Shown piece by piece: positions 1 through 10,411 of a stretch of 64,000 nucleotides of DNA; the stretch's first letter is position 1; every line of letters begins with the position of its first letter. The notes beneath the pieces are model-generated. The model was not told the origin of the DNA. It made no database searches and saw nothing but the letters and a program-made list of their open reading frames with translations. Source of the DNA: Candidatus Kapaibacterium sp. (lineage in GTDB: Bacteria > Bacteroidota > Ignavibacteria > Kapaibacteriales > UBA2268); contig OY762428.1 in assembly GCA_963665665.1 (NCBI GenBank), positions 2,272,001 through 2,336,000 on the forward strand. The letters are read 5' to 3'. A program made the position numbers and the translations under genes.

Positions 1-251
1 AAGTCCGTCATTATTACCAGGATCAAATTTCGATTTTTCAATTTCAGCTTTTTCAGTTCATCCAACGGCCTGTCCCTGAGCAGTATTGCATCGAGTAACA
101 GAGCGTCGAATTCCGAACTGTTTATTTTGCCAACAGTATCGGTAAATGTCGAGGCTATTCCTATATGTTCCAGGTCATTGACGTACTCTATTGCCAAGGC
201 AGCTATCCTTGCGCTAATCGATTTTGACCTTTCGCCTATCAGAAGTTTCAT
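1..251 (-). CDS. Receiver (REC)-domain response regulator, atypical; partial, runs off the window start
   Basis: Not in the ORF track. My translation from ATG at 251 is MKLLIGERSKSISARIAAL...DALLLDAILL...RNLILVIMTD. This matches the REC beta1/beta3(D)/beta4(T) pattern. It lies directly downstream of the hybrid kinase. Confidence 0.65.
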   Translation of the reverse strand, partial: MKLLIGERSKSISARIAALAIEYVNDLEHIGIASTFTDTVGKINSSEFDALLLDAILLRDRPLDELKKLKLKNRNLILVIMTD

Positions 252-395
252 TTTGTCCTTTATCCTTCGACAACCCGATTTTCAAATAATTAATTTATCA
301 ACTGGTACAAATTTAATAGATTAAAATACAAGTAATGTAGAACTTTATTAAAAAGTGATGTAGAACATAATTTTTTCTTGTAGAATTATCAATTT

Positions 396-3365
396 TTATT
401 TAACAATTCCCTGCTTCATGCAGTAATCTGTGAGTTGATTAATATCTTTCATTTCCATTTTTTCAAGTATTCTTGATCGGTAAGTAGATACAGTTGTTTT
501 ACTTATGCTTAGTTCAGATGAAATATCCTTATTCCTTTTTCCGCGTACTAATAAACGCATTACCTGGAATTCCCTGTCGGATAATTTCTCATGTGGCATA
601 AGTTCTTTTACTTCTTCAGTGCTGTAAACGTCATCATCTCTGAAATCTTCCGGTATGTATTTTTTATCATTTTTTATTTTATAGATAGCCTGCATATAAG
701 CTTTCCCGTCGGAATTTTTCTCAATAATTCCTGCCGCACCGCTGCTAATTGTTCTTTTAGCAAGGTGGCGGTCTGCCCTGGCAAAGCAAACCAATATTTT
801 GCAGTCTTTTTTCATATTAATCAGGTCTCCGATAATTTCAGTAACGCCCCGGACACTGAATTCAGAATCCAATATTATTATATCCGGCTGTAATTTCATA
901 GAGTTGAACAGCAAATCACGTTCTGTTGAAGTATCAGCGCTCACATTTATAAAGCTGTCTTCCTGAATAACTTCTGCAAGTCCTTTTCTGAAAATTGGAT
1001 TTGAATCTGCAATAAGTACATTAATATTAGATTTCGATTTTGAACCGCCTACAGGAAAACTAACTGATATAGTAGTTCCAAACCCCTGGGAACTGTCGAT
1101 ATTTATTCGGCCTTTCAGGTTATAGACCCTTTCAGTCATGGCAAGAAGCCCGAAGGAAGCAGGATTATTCATTTGTTCGCGGCTCATACCTACACCATCG
1201 TCACTAACAAGCAGTTCTACTCTGTTTGCCTTTTTATGAAGGTTAATTTGAACTTTAGTTGCTTTGGAATGCTTGCCGGTATTGGACAGGATTTCCTGGT
1301 ATATCCTGAAAATCATCTCGGATTTGCTCACATCCAGGAAGGAATCGATATCCTCGATATATAATTCGCAGCTGATAGAAGTCTTTTTCTCAAATTCTTT
1401 TGTCTGCCATTTTATCGCCGCTGAAAGCCCCATCCTGTCAAGTACAATCGGATGCAGGTCACTGGTAATCCTGTTGATATTTCCGCCCGTTTTTTCGATT
1501 AATTTCGACATTTCCGCAAGGCGCTCGTATAGAAATTTATTATCTTCCGGAACTTTTTTCATAAGCCAGGAAGCATCATATTTCAAGGTAGTTACAGCCT
1601 GCCCAAGTTCATCCCTGATATCCCTTGCAATTTGTTTCCTCTCGTCCTCCCTGATGGAGTCAAGGTGTATAGCCAGGTTCCTTAATTTTTCCTCGGAATT
1701 TCTTAGCCTTAACTCGGATTTTTTTCTTTCACTGATATCCCTGTCCACGCTAACCCAGCCAACAAATTTATTGTTCACGTCTGTCAGTGCAATTATCCTT
1801 GATTCAACTTCAATAAGTTTTCCTCCTTTAGCATATCTGGAAAATTCACCGTTGTACTCGTTTTTTTCCCTGAGAATATTCAACAGGTCGTAGAGGTGCA
1901 TGCCTGAATCGCCTGAAGGAAAGAACTGCTCCCAGCTTTTTCCGATAACTTCGTTTTTGCTCCATCCGTATATTCGTTCGGCACCACTATTCCATGCTGA
2001 TATTACCGGCCCCTGTTTTATTTCAACAGCAATAATTGCATCGTTAACTTTTTCAAGCAGGTTAGCCTGATAGGATAATTTAGTTTCGGCATCTTTCCGG
2101 TCTGCAATATTACGGCAAATTGTGAAAAGGGCATCATTTCCGGACTGAGGTATTCGTGTCATGGATATTTCTACAAAAACCTGCTCGTCGTAAAGGGTTC
2201 TGAACTGCCATTCAAAGCGCACGTAGCCGCTGTTGTAGCCATTGGCAATTTTTTCCCTGAATTTCATGAACGAGTTCTCTCCGTCCGGCTGTGTTTCAGG
2301 CGAAAGAAGTGCGGGATGAATACCAACAACATTATATTTTGATTCTGACTGAAACAATTGCAAAGTAGCTTTATTGCAGTCAATTATACCTTTCTTATCA
2401 ATCACGAGCATGGCATCGGCAGAATTCTCATATAGAAGCCTGAATTTTTTCTCACTTTCCATAAGTTCAATTGTTGCACGGGTTTTCTCGGTAATATCCA
2501 GGACTGTGAATATCTGGCCGGCATCAAAATCCTCCGGATCGATTGCGGAAATTTTAACATGGCAGTTCAATTTTTTACCATCCTTCTTTTTCCATATCCA
2601 CTCCGACCCGGGGTTATCCGGCTTTTCCAATTGTTTGTATAACTCCATGCCGGCTTTCTCGAAATCACTGTTATTTGTATAGAACATCCTTGTATCTTGA
2701 TTAATAAGCTCATTTTTGGCATAGCCGAGTATATTGTGAAGTTCATCATTAGCCCAGTATATAACCCTGTTTTTAACCAGCCCGATACCAACAGGAGATG
2801 CATCGAGAATTGCCTGCCTGATTTTCTGGTTTTCCTCAAGAGCCATTTCAGATTCTTTTATCTCTGTTATATTTCTTGCAAAAAGAAATACCTCCGTAAC
2901 TTCGTTATTACTGTCTAACAAAGGCCTGATATAGATATCATACCATACATCATTTCTCATATCCTGAAATCTGATAGTTCTTTTGTCAAGAATTGCTTTA
3001 TAAAAGCGTTCTTTTCTTTTTTCCGCACTTTCCTTAGGTTCAAAAATTTCAAAAAGGTTTTTTCCTATAGCATCATCAACTTTGTAACCTATGGATTTTG
3101 CCATTATTGGATTGATCAATTTAATTATTCCAGAAGTTTCAAGAATAGCAATATCATCAACAGTTGAATTGAAGAAATCCGGAGCATAGCTAATAATCAT
3201 TTCTGTTTGAATATTCAGATAATCCTTGTTCGATTTATGTTTGTCCGACAAACCCATGTTCATACTCCGAATTTCTTTTTTTAATTCATCATGGGAGCGG
3301 CTTATTATATCAAGGCTGTCAGTCAGCTTTTGTATTTGTTTTTCTAATTTATTGTCATTTTTCAT
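396..3365 (-). CDS. Multi-PAS, HisKA_3/HATPase, REC and LuxR-HTH fusion (hybrid sensor-regulator; phospho-His replaced by Arg)
   Basis: Four PAS/PAC-like segments; ERKQIARDIRDELGQ H-box; QEILSN..KHS N-box; DDGVG and FGL G-boxes; C-terminal REC plus LSDREFQV...TVSTYRSRILEK NarL/LuxR HTH. Confidence 0.85.
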   Translation of the reverse strand: MKNDNKLEKQIQKLTDSLDIISRSHDELKKEIRSMNMGLSDKHKSNKDYLNIQTEMIISYAPDFFNSTVDDIAILETSGIIKLINPIMAKSIGYKVDDAIGKNLFEIFEPKESAEKRKERFYKAILDKRTIRFQDMRNDVWYDIYIRPLLDSNNEVTEVFLFARNITEIKESEMALEENQKIRQAILDASPVGIGLVKNRVIYWANDELHNILGYAKNELINQDTRMFYTNNSDFEKAGMELYKQLEKPDNPGSEWIWKKKDGKKLNCHVKISAIDPEDFDAGQIFTVLDITEKTRATIELMESEKKFRLLYENSADAMLVIDKKGIIDCNKATLQLFQSESKYNVVGIHPALLSPETQPDGENSFMKFREKIANGYNSGYVRFEWQFRTLYDEQVFVEISMTRIPQSGNDALFTICRNIADRKDAETKLSYQANLLEKVNDAIIAVEIKQGPVISAWNSGAERIYGWSKNEVIGKSWEQFFPSGDSGMHLYDLLNILREKNEYNGEFSRYAKGGKLIEVESRIIALTDVNNKFVGWVSVDRDISERKKSELRLRNSEEKLRNLAIHLDSIREDERKQIARDIRDELGQAVTTLKYDASWLMKKVPEDNKFLYERLAEMSKLIEKTGGNINRITSDLHPIVLDRMGLSAAIKWQTKEFEKKTSISCELYIEDIDSFLDVSKSEMIFRIYQEILSNTGKHSKATKVQINLHKKANRVELLVSDDGVGMSREQMNNPASFGLLAMTERVYNLKGRINIDSSQGFGTTISVSFPVGGSKSKSNINVLIADSNPIFRKGLAEVIQEDSFINVSADTSTERDLLFNSMKLQPDIIILDSEFSVRGVTEIIGDLINMKKDCKILVCFARADRHLAKRTISSGAAGIIEKNSDGKAYMQAIYKIKNDKKYIPEDFRDDDVYSTEEVKELMPHEKLSDREFQVMRLLVRGKRNKDISSELSISKTTVSTYRSRILEKMEMKDINQLTDYCMKQGIVK

Positions 3366-3539
3366 TTTAGCATCAAAGCCAATATTAGTACTACACGTTC
3401 TACAATCTAATTAGAAAATAAATAATAGACAAGATTAATTTGTAGAATAAATGCTTTTGTCATGCTTAGCATCGTTCAAACTTGAATTTTAATAAAAAAA
3501 AAATTAACTTGCGTTGATTGTGATTAAACGGAGTGTTTT

Positions 3540-5759
3540 ATGCCGGACAGGATAACAAGCCTTCAATACTTTAAAGGAATCGGGCCGAGAAGAGCCGAAG
3601 CTCTCGCAGCCGAAGGCCTTATTACTCCCGGAGATTTGCTGACCAATTTCCCGAGGGCATATATTAACCGCAATGAAGTTCAATCGATAAAAAACCAAAT
3701 AGCTATATTAAGAAATAATGACAGTTTTGATAAAGACAGTTCCCTCAGCGATTTTAAATTCCAGTCGGAAATAACTATTGTCGGGAAAATTATTACTACA
3801 CAGGAACATCAATTCGGAAAAAAGAGAAAGATGTTCAAACTAAAGCTCGGTGACGGAAGCGGGGCAGAGGCAAACATTGTTTTCTGGCAGGGGGTGGAAT
3901 ATTTCAAGCGTCGCTATCAGCAGGGCCAAACCCTTGTGGTAAGCGGCAAGCCCGATAAATTCGGTTATAATTTTATGGATTTCAGCCATCCGGAAATAGA
4001 GATAGTTGATCCGGAGGATATTCAGCTTTACTCACAGGGAAAGATATTACCCAAGTATAAAAGCAGTGAAAACCTGCAAAAAGCCGGGATTACTATGCGC
4101 CTGATGCGTATGATAATGGAAACCGTGGTTCGCCAGGAAATTAAATATGTCGGCGAAACAATGCCCGGATATATTATTGAAAAAAATAATTTCCCCAACC
4201 TCAGGGATGCTGTTCAGAACCTGCATTTCCCCCGGAATGAAAAAATTCTTGCAGCATCGGTCAGGAGAATGAAATTCGAAGAAATATTTTATTTCGAGCT
4301 TTTCCTTGCGCACAGGCAGCGTGGCGTCAGGCTGACCGAAAGAGGCCCGGTTATGGACAAAAAAAGCCACAGCGCGAGAAAACTCTTTGACGCACTGCCA
4401 TTTGAACTGACAGGCGACCAGAAAAAAGTATTAAGGGAGATTGCCGCTGATATTAAAAGCGGTTCGGCAATGAACAGGCTGCTCCAGGGCGATGTGGGTT
4501 CAGGAAAAACAATTGTTGCCATCCTGGCTATGCTTATGGCTATCGACAACGGCTGCCAGGTAGCGCTTATGGCTCCTACAGAAATTCTGGCCGAGCAGCA
4601 CTTTCATTCCCTTGAAAAATTCCTTGAAGACTTTGACCTGAATATTGTTCAGCTTCTCGGAGGGCAGAGAGTAAAAGCAAGAAGGATGGCTCTCGAAAAA
4701 ATCAGTTCCGGCGACGCCGATATCATTGTCGGTACCCATGCCATGTTCCAGGCAGAAGTGGAATACAACAGGCTGGGCCTTGTAGTAATCGATGAGCAGC
4801 ACAGGTTCGGCGTGCAACAAAGAGCAGATATGAAAGAGCTTGGCAGCAAATCATTTCCCGATGAGAACCTTTTTCCCCACGTATTGGTGATGACTGCCAC
4901 GCCTATTCCAAGGACGCTTTCCATGACAGTTTACGGCGATTTGGATGTTTCGATAATCAAGCAGCTCCCAAAAAACCGTAAGCCGATAAAAACAAGAATA
5001 TCTTACGAGAAAGATATTGAATCGGTTTATTCTTTTATCCGATCGGAAATAGTTAAAGGCCGCCAGGCATATATTGTTTACCCGCTGGTGGAAAAATCCG
5101 ACAAACTTGAATTAAAAGCCGCCACCGACCATTACGAAAGGCTTAAAGAAGCGGTATTCCCGGATTTGAAAATCGGGCTGCTCCACGGCCAGATGTTCTG
5201 GTACGAGAAAGAAGATGCCATGAAAGCTTTCCTTGATAAGGAATATGATATTCTTGTGGCCACAACAGTTATTGAAGTGGGTATTGATGTGCCGAATGCA
5301 TCAGTCATGCTGATTGAAAATGCCGAGCGTTTCGGCCTTTCTCAATTGCATCAGCTTAGGGGGCGCGTTGGCAGGGGGCATGAGCAGTCATACTGCATAC
5401 TGATGACAAAGGATCATTTCCGCTACCAGGTAAAAAACAAAGCAAAAAAAGGTGATGACAGGTCCGCTTCGATAATCAGGCTGAAAACAATGGAGGAAAC
5501 CACCGACGGATTTAAAATTTCCGAGGCGGATATGCAGTTGCGCGGGCCCGGCGACGTGCTTGGCACCAGGCAGTCAGGCCTTCCTGAGTTTAAATACCTT
5601 GACCTGGTAAACGACGGGCCGCTGATAAGCGAAGCAAGAAAGCTGGCATTTGAGATTGTAGAAGACGACCCCGATCTGCTAAAACCGGAAAATAAAATCC
5701 TAAGGGAAGAATTCAGGGCGCGTTTCAGCGGACCGAATAATTATTATGACATAGCTTAA
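3540..5759 (+). CDS. recG: ATP-dependent DNA helicase RecG
   Basis: RLLQGDVGSGKT, DEQHRFGV, MTATPIPRTL, QLHQLRGRVGRG and RGPGD..GTRQSG motifs. Confidence 0.97.
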   Translation: MPDRITSLQYFKGIGPRRAEALAAEGLITPGDLLTNFPRAYINRNEVQSIKNQIAILRNNDSFDKDSSLSDFKFQSEITIVGKIITTQEHQFGKKRKMFKLKLGDGSGAEANIVFWQGVEYFKRRYQQGQTLVVSGKPDKFGYNFMDFSHPEIEIVDPEDIQLYSQGKILPKYKSSENLQKAGITMRLMRMIMETVVRQEIKYVGETMPGYIIEKNNFPNLRDAVQNLHFPRNEKILAASVRRMKFEEIFYFELFLAHRQRGVRLTERGPVMDKKSHSARKLFDALPFELTGDQKKVLREIAADIKSGSAMNRLLQGDVGSGKTIVAILAMLMAIDNGCQVALMAPTEILAEQHFHSLEKFLEDFDLNIVQLLGGQRVKARRMALEKISSGDADIIVGTHAMFQAEVEYNRLGLVVIDEQHRFGVQQRADMKELGSKSFPDENLFPHVLVMTATPIPRTLSMTVYGDLDVSIIKQLPKNRKPIKTRISYEKDIESVYSFIRSEIVKGRQAYIVYPLVEKSDKLELKAATDHYERLKEAVFPDLKIGLLHGQMFWYEKEDAMKAFLDKEYDILVATTVIEVGIDVPNASVMLIENAERFGLSQLHQLRGRVGRGHEQSYCILMTKDHFRYQVKNKAKKGDDRSASIIRLKTMEETTDGFKISEADMQLRGPGDVLGTRQSGLPEFKYLDLVNDGPLISEARKLAFEIVEDDPDLLKPENKILREEFRARFSGPNNYYDIA

Positions 5760-6050
5760 GTAAAGAAAATGGCAGATGCCAGGATGAAATTGAAATTAGA
5801 TTTGATTAGAAATGATCAATTTGTACCTTACAATATATTCGATTAATAATTCTCCTAAAGGATGGCTTTTGATTATGAAGAAAAGCATTATTGATAATTT
5901 ATAAGGTTTTGTATAACCCCTCCCAGCCCTCAGCGAGGCGGAGAGCTAAGAGATTACACCTTCATCTGTAAGTGTTGGTGAAATTAGAAAAAAAGTAGCT
6001 ACTCAGCTAAGATGATATTATTCTGCTTTGAAAAGAATAATTGAAAAATC

Positions 6051-6140
6051 ATCATTCTGATGGAGCGAAGCGACTGAAGAATCCACTTGTTGAAGTATAA
6101 AAATATTAAGAATAGACTCTTCACTTCGTTCAGAGTGACA
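6051..6140. repeat. REP-like palindromic element, copy 1
   Basis: TCATTCTGATGGAGCGAAGCGACTGAAGAATCC...GACTCTTCACTTCGTTCAGAGTGACA; related to copies at 25450 and 28720. Confidence 0.8.
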
Positions 6141-6254
6141 TTTTTTTATATTTTTTAAAACATTTAACATATTTTCCCTATATAATATGTAGTAACGAAT
6201 AAAATATCTGATAATATCATCAATTTTATAATTAAACTAAGCAGTAATAAGAAT

Positions 6255-7124
6255 ATGAAAACAAGCAAAGGCATTATTGGCGCAGGGCAACTTGGAAATG
6301 CATTGATAAGGCATTTCATAGAAAAAAATGAAATTGAATGGGTGCTTGCCCGTAAAGGGAAATCTTTAGAAAGGCTAAGAAATATCGGCGACAATATTAC
6401 AATTTTTAATAACATAAATGAGATCGATACAATCCCGGATATAATTATCGTTGCTGTTAATGACAAAGCTATCACTGAAGTCGATAAGCAATTAGCCAGA
6501 AAAGGAATAACAGAAAAGTATATTTGTCATTCCAGCGGTTTTCTGGGTAGTGAAATCCTATGTGAATCCCGAAAAGCCGGCGCTAAAACTGCCTCGGTGC
6601 ATCCCTACCAGACTTTTTATAACTATCATCCCCATGTATTTAATGGTATTTCATGGGGAATGGATTGTCCGGGAGAAGATAAAACATTCTGGACTGCTTT
6701 TGTTGAAAGTACCGGCGGGAAAGCAATTTTTCCCGATTACAGCGATAAACACTCAAAAGCATTGTATCATTGTTCGGCTGTAGCCGCATCAAACTTTCTG
6801 ACAGCCGTTATAAGCCTGTCATCGGAGATAGCCACTGCTGCAGGTATTGACCCCATGGACTTCGTACCTGCAATAACCAGGACTACTTTGCAGAATAATA
6901 TTGATGCAATGAAGGAGAATACATTCCCCCTTTCCGGCCCAATCGCCCGGGGAGACAGGGATGCGGTTAAATTGCATATCGAGGGCCTGGAAAGTTTCCC
7001 CGAACTTCAAAAATCTTACGCCTTAACGGGGCTGGCCCTGGCTGAACTATCCAGGAAAAACGGGCTGCTCGATGAAGAAAAATATTATGGGATCTGTGAG
7101 TTGCTGCGTTTGTATTCTGAATAA
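6255..7124 (+). CDS. Rossmann-fold DUF2520-family oxidoreductase (PanG-like)
   Basis: GIIGAGQLG, HSSG, HPYQTF, YHCSAVAASNF and LSGPIARGD motifs typical of DUF2520 proteins. Confidence 0.85.
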   Translation: MKTSKGIIGAGQLGNALIRHFIEKNEIEWVLARKGKSLERLRNIGDNITIFNNINEIDTIPDIIIVAVNDKAITEVDKQLARKGITEKYICHSSGFLGSEILCESRKAGAKTASVHPYQTFYNYHPHVFNGISWGMDCPGEDKTFWTAFVESTGGKAIFPDYSDKHSKALYHCSAVAASNFLTAVISLSSEIATAAGIDPMDFVPAITRTTLQNNIDAMKENTFPLSGPIARGDRDAVKLHIEGLESFPELQKSYALTGLALAELSRKNGLLDEEKYYGICELLRLYSE

Positions 7125-7125
7125 A

Positions 7126-7157
7126 AAATCCCCTCTAACTACCGCAGGAGGGGATTT
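7126..7157. terminator. Bidirectional intrinsic terminator
   Basis: AAATCCCCTC...GAGGGGATTT inverted repeat between convergent genes. Confidence 0.6.
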
Positions 7158-7181
7158 GTCGTTTATATTCTGAAAGAACTA

Positions 7182-8762
7182 TTATCTGATCACAACAAAT
7201 TTGCCGCTGTAGGAGCGCTTGTTTGCAGTCATCCGGATAATATATGATCCTGATTTATTAATCCTGAATGGCATGTTGTAAATACCCGCGTTCATACTGC
7301 CGTTTTTAATATCCAATACTTTATAGCCCAGGAGGTCATGTACGCTGATCGAAACATTCGAAGCCTCGCGAAGCTCGAATGAGACAGTTCCTTCACCCGT
7401 GGGGCTGGGGCTTGGATATACTTTCAGTCCGGACCGGCCGCCTGCAACCGGGTCATTTACCGATACATCGCGGGGTTCCAGAACACCTATAGGCATATAC
7501 TGCTCGCCAAAAACAGCCGCACTATCCTGTGGTTCAGCACCGAGCCATGTTTCCAGGAAATCCGTGTAGGTTCTGCGGTAATCAAACTGGTGGCGCACGT
7601 CGCCGTCCTCATCCAGGTCGTCCAGGTCAGGTTTTTCACCGTAATAACCGGCTTTCACGTGATCTCCGAAAACAAACTGCATGGAAGCTGCGCCGTGGTC
7701 AGTTCCACGCGATCCGTTATCGTAAGCCCTGCGGCCAAATTCCGATGTTGTCATTCCTACAACTCTTTCCGACCATCCCTGCTGCACGGCATCGTCCATG
7801 AACTCGCATATTGCAGCGGCAGCCTGCTGCAGGAGTGTCGGGTGCTGGCCTTCGAAATCTTCGGTCATCTGCTGGGCATGTGAATCGAAATTACTAAGAT
7901 TTACATAATACACTTTGGATTGCAGGCCTCCGGCTATAAGCGCGGATATCATTTTAAATTTCTGTGGTAGCCCCTCACTGTAATTCACTTTGATTTTCTC
8001 AATTCCGGCATCGTAGGCTGCTTTTACTTTCTGCGAATAAAGTTCTGACTGCTGGGCTATTACTCTTGCGAAATTAAATTCGTTATCAAAAGCACTGTCG
8101 CCTGTCATAATAGGTTCAACCGGAGTCAATCCCTGTCCAAGTTCGTAGAATTTATCCGGATCGGTAAGTGCTATGCCCATGTGTCCCTTATCGCTTTTGA
8201 ATGTAAGCGACAGCGAGCCGTCAATATTCACTGCTATCGGATCCTCGGGTATTTCCTGGGGATAATTTTCAAGCATATTTGCGAAATATCTTCCCAGCCA
8301 GCCCTCGTTCAGGTTCACGCTGTTGTTTGAATTATTTATACCACTCAGCCAAATATCCTGGGATCGAAAATGCGAAAGATTGGGATTAACATATCCAACT
8401 CCTTCGATAATGGCAAGCCTGCCGTCTTCAAGAAGGCGCATCATCCCGCCGTTGTGTATCCCGTCAACGATGGATTTATTCATGTAAACATCCGAAGTCT
8501 GGAAACGTCTTGTTTCGGCTTCGGGATAGGCAAGCGTAGGCCTGAGGTTGTAATAAGTATCGTTATACACCGGAACAATTGTGTTCAGCCCGTCATTTCC
8601 GCCGAAAAGTTCCAGTATTATCATGATATTATCATTTTCGTTATTTAATATCCTGTCGTTCGGGACGGTTGAAAATATCGGTTTCCCCTTAAGGAATGCC
8701 GGGGCAACTGCCGCTCCGGCTGTAGCAACTGCTGTGCTTTTAATAAATTGTCTTCTTTTCAT
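7182..8762 (-). CDS. DUF1501-family protein with twin-arginine signal and T9SS-type C-terminal domain
   Basis: MKRRQFIK signal; GGNDGLNT, LSHFRSQDIW, FDSH and SEFGRR...NGSRGTDHG motifs; tail LKVYPSP...SGSYIIR...KFVVIR. Confidence 0.85.
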   Translation of the reverse strand: MKRRQFIKSTAVATAGAAVAPAFLKGKPIFSTVPNDRILNNENDNIMIILELFGGNDGLNTIVPVYNDTYYNLRPTLAYPEAETRRFQTSDVYMNKSIVDGIHNGGMMRLLEDGRLAIIEGVGYVNPNLSHFRSQDIWLSGINNSNNSVNLNEGWLGRYFANMLENYPQEIPEDPIAVNIDGSLSLTFKSDKGHMGIALTDPDKFYELGQGLTPVEPIMTGDSAFDNEFNFARVIAQQSELYSQKVKAAYDAGIEKIKVNYSEGLPQKFKMISALIAGGLQSKVYYVNLSNFDSHAQQMTEDFEGQHPTLLQQAAAAICEFMDDAVQQGWSERVVGMTTSEFGRRAYDNGSRGTDHGAASMQFVFGDHVKAGYYGEKPDLDDLDEDGDVRHQFDYRRTYTDFLETWLGAEPQDSAAVFGEQYMPIGVLEPRDVSVNDPVAGGRSGLKVYPSPSPTGEGTVSFELREASNVSISVHDLLGYKVLDIKNGSMNAGIYNMPFRINKSGSYIIRMTANKRSYSGKFVVIR

Positions 8763-8772
8763 ATCGTCCCCC

Positions 8773-10386
8773 TTATATTAACTGAAAATCAGGTGAAGTA
8801 ATAAAAGAGTGAATTAATTCTCTGATCGCCGTGGCAACCGCTTCGTTTTCAGCCGCGAGTTCCGCGCCCCATGCAGATTCGTCAATTCCTGATTTTTCAA
8901 GAATCAGGGCTTTATACCTTGCAGTTCTTGTTGCGTCAATTGGATTTGGCAGGAAATATTCAGTTATGCTGGAAACGAAAGTATCGATATTATCGGAACC
9001 GGGGAATTTATTCGCGAGAGCAAAAATTTTATCATTTCCGGCAAGATCAATAATTTCTCCGGCATATTTTGCCCTTAGCGGGAATGTGGTCGTACTTATC
9101 CATGTACGGTAGCCCTTCCAGCTTCCCACATTTGGCGGATCGTAAAGCACCTGTTCCAGATCGAATATTGCCTGGCGGGATTCGCTGTATTCCACATTAA
9201 GCATCTTTTGCAGGCCGATAATGAATTCAGGCGGCCTCTTGAATTGAATACCCATATTGGCTTCGTCAAAGAAATGCTGGCTGGCAAATAATTTTACAAA
9301 CATCGGGCGTACATCATGCTCGTTGTGGATGAAAACATCTGCCAGTTCGTCGATTATATCCGCGTCAATTGCGTCCGGGTTGGAATACACAAAATACCTG
9401 TACATTTTATTTGCAATGAAGCGACCAATCGACCTTTCCCGGTTTCGGAACATAATATCGATTATTCCTTCACGCAGTTCTTCTTTTCTTACCAGGTCTT
9501 CGGTATTGGACATTTCATACCTGGGTGGAATTGTTTCACCCATGTAGCTTTTTGCTTCAATAATATGATCATTAGGGGAGAAGTATGTTTCGAAATATCC
9601 GTTCGGATGCGGTTCGCCATAGTAAGCGGCAGTACGCCATCCCGTAAGGGCTTTTGTACCCTCGCGGATATCGCCCTCTGTATAATTTCTGTCGCCGGTA
9701 AGTACATCGCCCGTGCCCATGGTGAACAGTTCCATCATCTCGCGCATATAGTTTTCATTGGCAATATTCCTGTTGCTATAGAAAAGGCTCTGGTACATCA
9801 GCATAGCACCGTCCAGAGTTATGGCTTCTGCAATTTCTTTGTAATTACCCATTCTGAGTTGCCTCAGGGTTTGATTGTTTCTTATCAGCAGGCCCGGGGG
9901 CAATAGCGCCAGGGTATCATAAGTAAATTCGATTGTCCAGATAGTTGACCAGAAGAGGGTTAGTTTTTCCATGGAGGACAGCCCCTCCTGTCTCATAAGG
10001 CCTATCCACCAGTCAATAAATTCTTTATATGCAGTTTTTATCCTTCCTTCTATTTCAAAGCGGATATCAACTGATCCGGTTGTCAGCGGATTTTCCTCGG
10101 GTGTTGTTACCCAGGATTTTTCCGGGAATTCCGGCATCGCCTGCGAGCCGTCACCAAGAATCATTTCCACTGCTTCGCGGGCAGTCTTGCCGGTAATTGT
10201 ATCAATTTCCTCAGGTGTTGGCACGAAAGTCAACCTGCGAAGCAGGTGCGCTGCCTGCCTGCGGGAAAGGGGGCCTGCCTGTTCGTCGAGAGACTGAATC
10301 ATGTCTCCCCGTTTCTTTGGCGAACCCTGCGGAGCTTTGAAAGCTGCCCCGGGTGAAAAACTTGTTATAAAGTCGCGACGATCCAT
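8773..10386 (-). CDS. DUF1800-family protein
   Basis: AAHLLRRL, EKLTLFW, NENYMREMMELFTMG, YTEGDI and PPNVGSW motifs; upstream of DUF1501, the usual pairing. Confidence 0.85.
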   Translation of the reverse strand: MDRRDFITSFSPGAAFKAPQGSPKKRGDMIQSLDEQAGPLSRRQAAHLLRRLTFVPTPEEIDTITGKTAREAVEMILGDGSQAMPEFPEKSWVTTPEENPLTTGSVDIRFEIEGRIKTAYKEFIDWWIGLMRQEGLSSMEKLTLFWSTIWTIEFTYDTLALLPPGLLIRNNQTLRQLRMGNYKEIAEAITLDGAMLMYQSLFYSNRNIANENYMREMMELFTMGTGDVLTGDRNYTEGDIREGTKALTGWRTAAYYGEPHPNGYFETYFSPNDHIIEAKSYMGETIPPRYEMSNTEDLVRKEELREGIIDIMFRNRERSIGRFIANKMYRYFVYSNPDAIDADIIDELADVFIHNEHDVRPMFVKLFASQHFFDEANMGIQFKRPPEFIIGLQKMLNVEYSESRQAIFDLEQVLYDPPNVGSWKGYRTWISTTTFPLRAKYAGEIIDLAGNDKIFALANKFPGSDNIDTFVSSITEYFLPNPIDATRTARYKALILEKSGIDESAWGAELAAENEAVATAIRELIHSFITSPDFQLI

Positions 10387-10411
10387 AATGTGTTCCTGTA
10401 ATTGTGATGAA

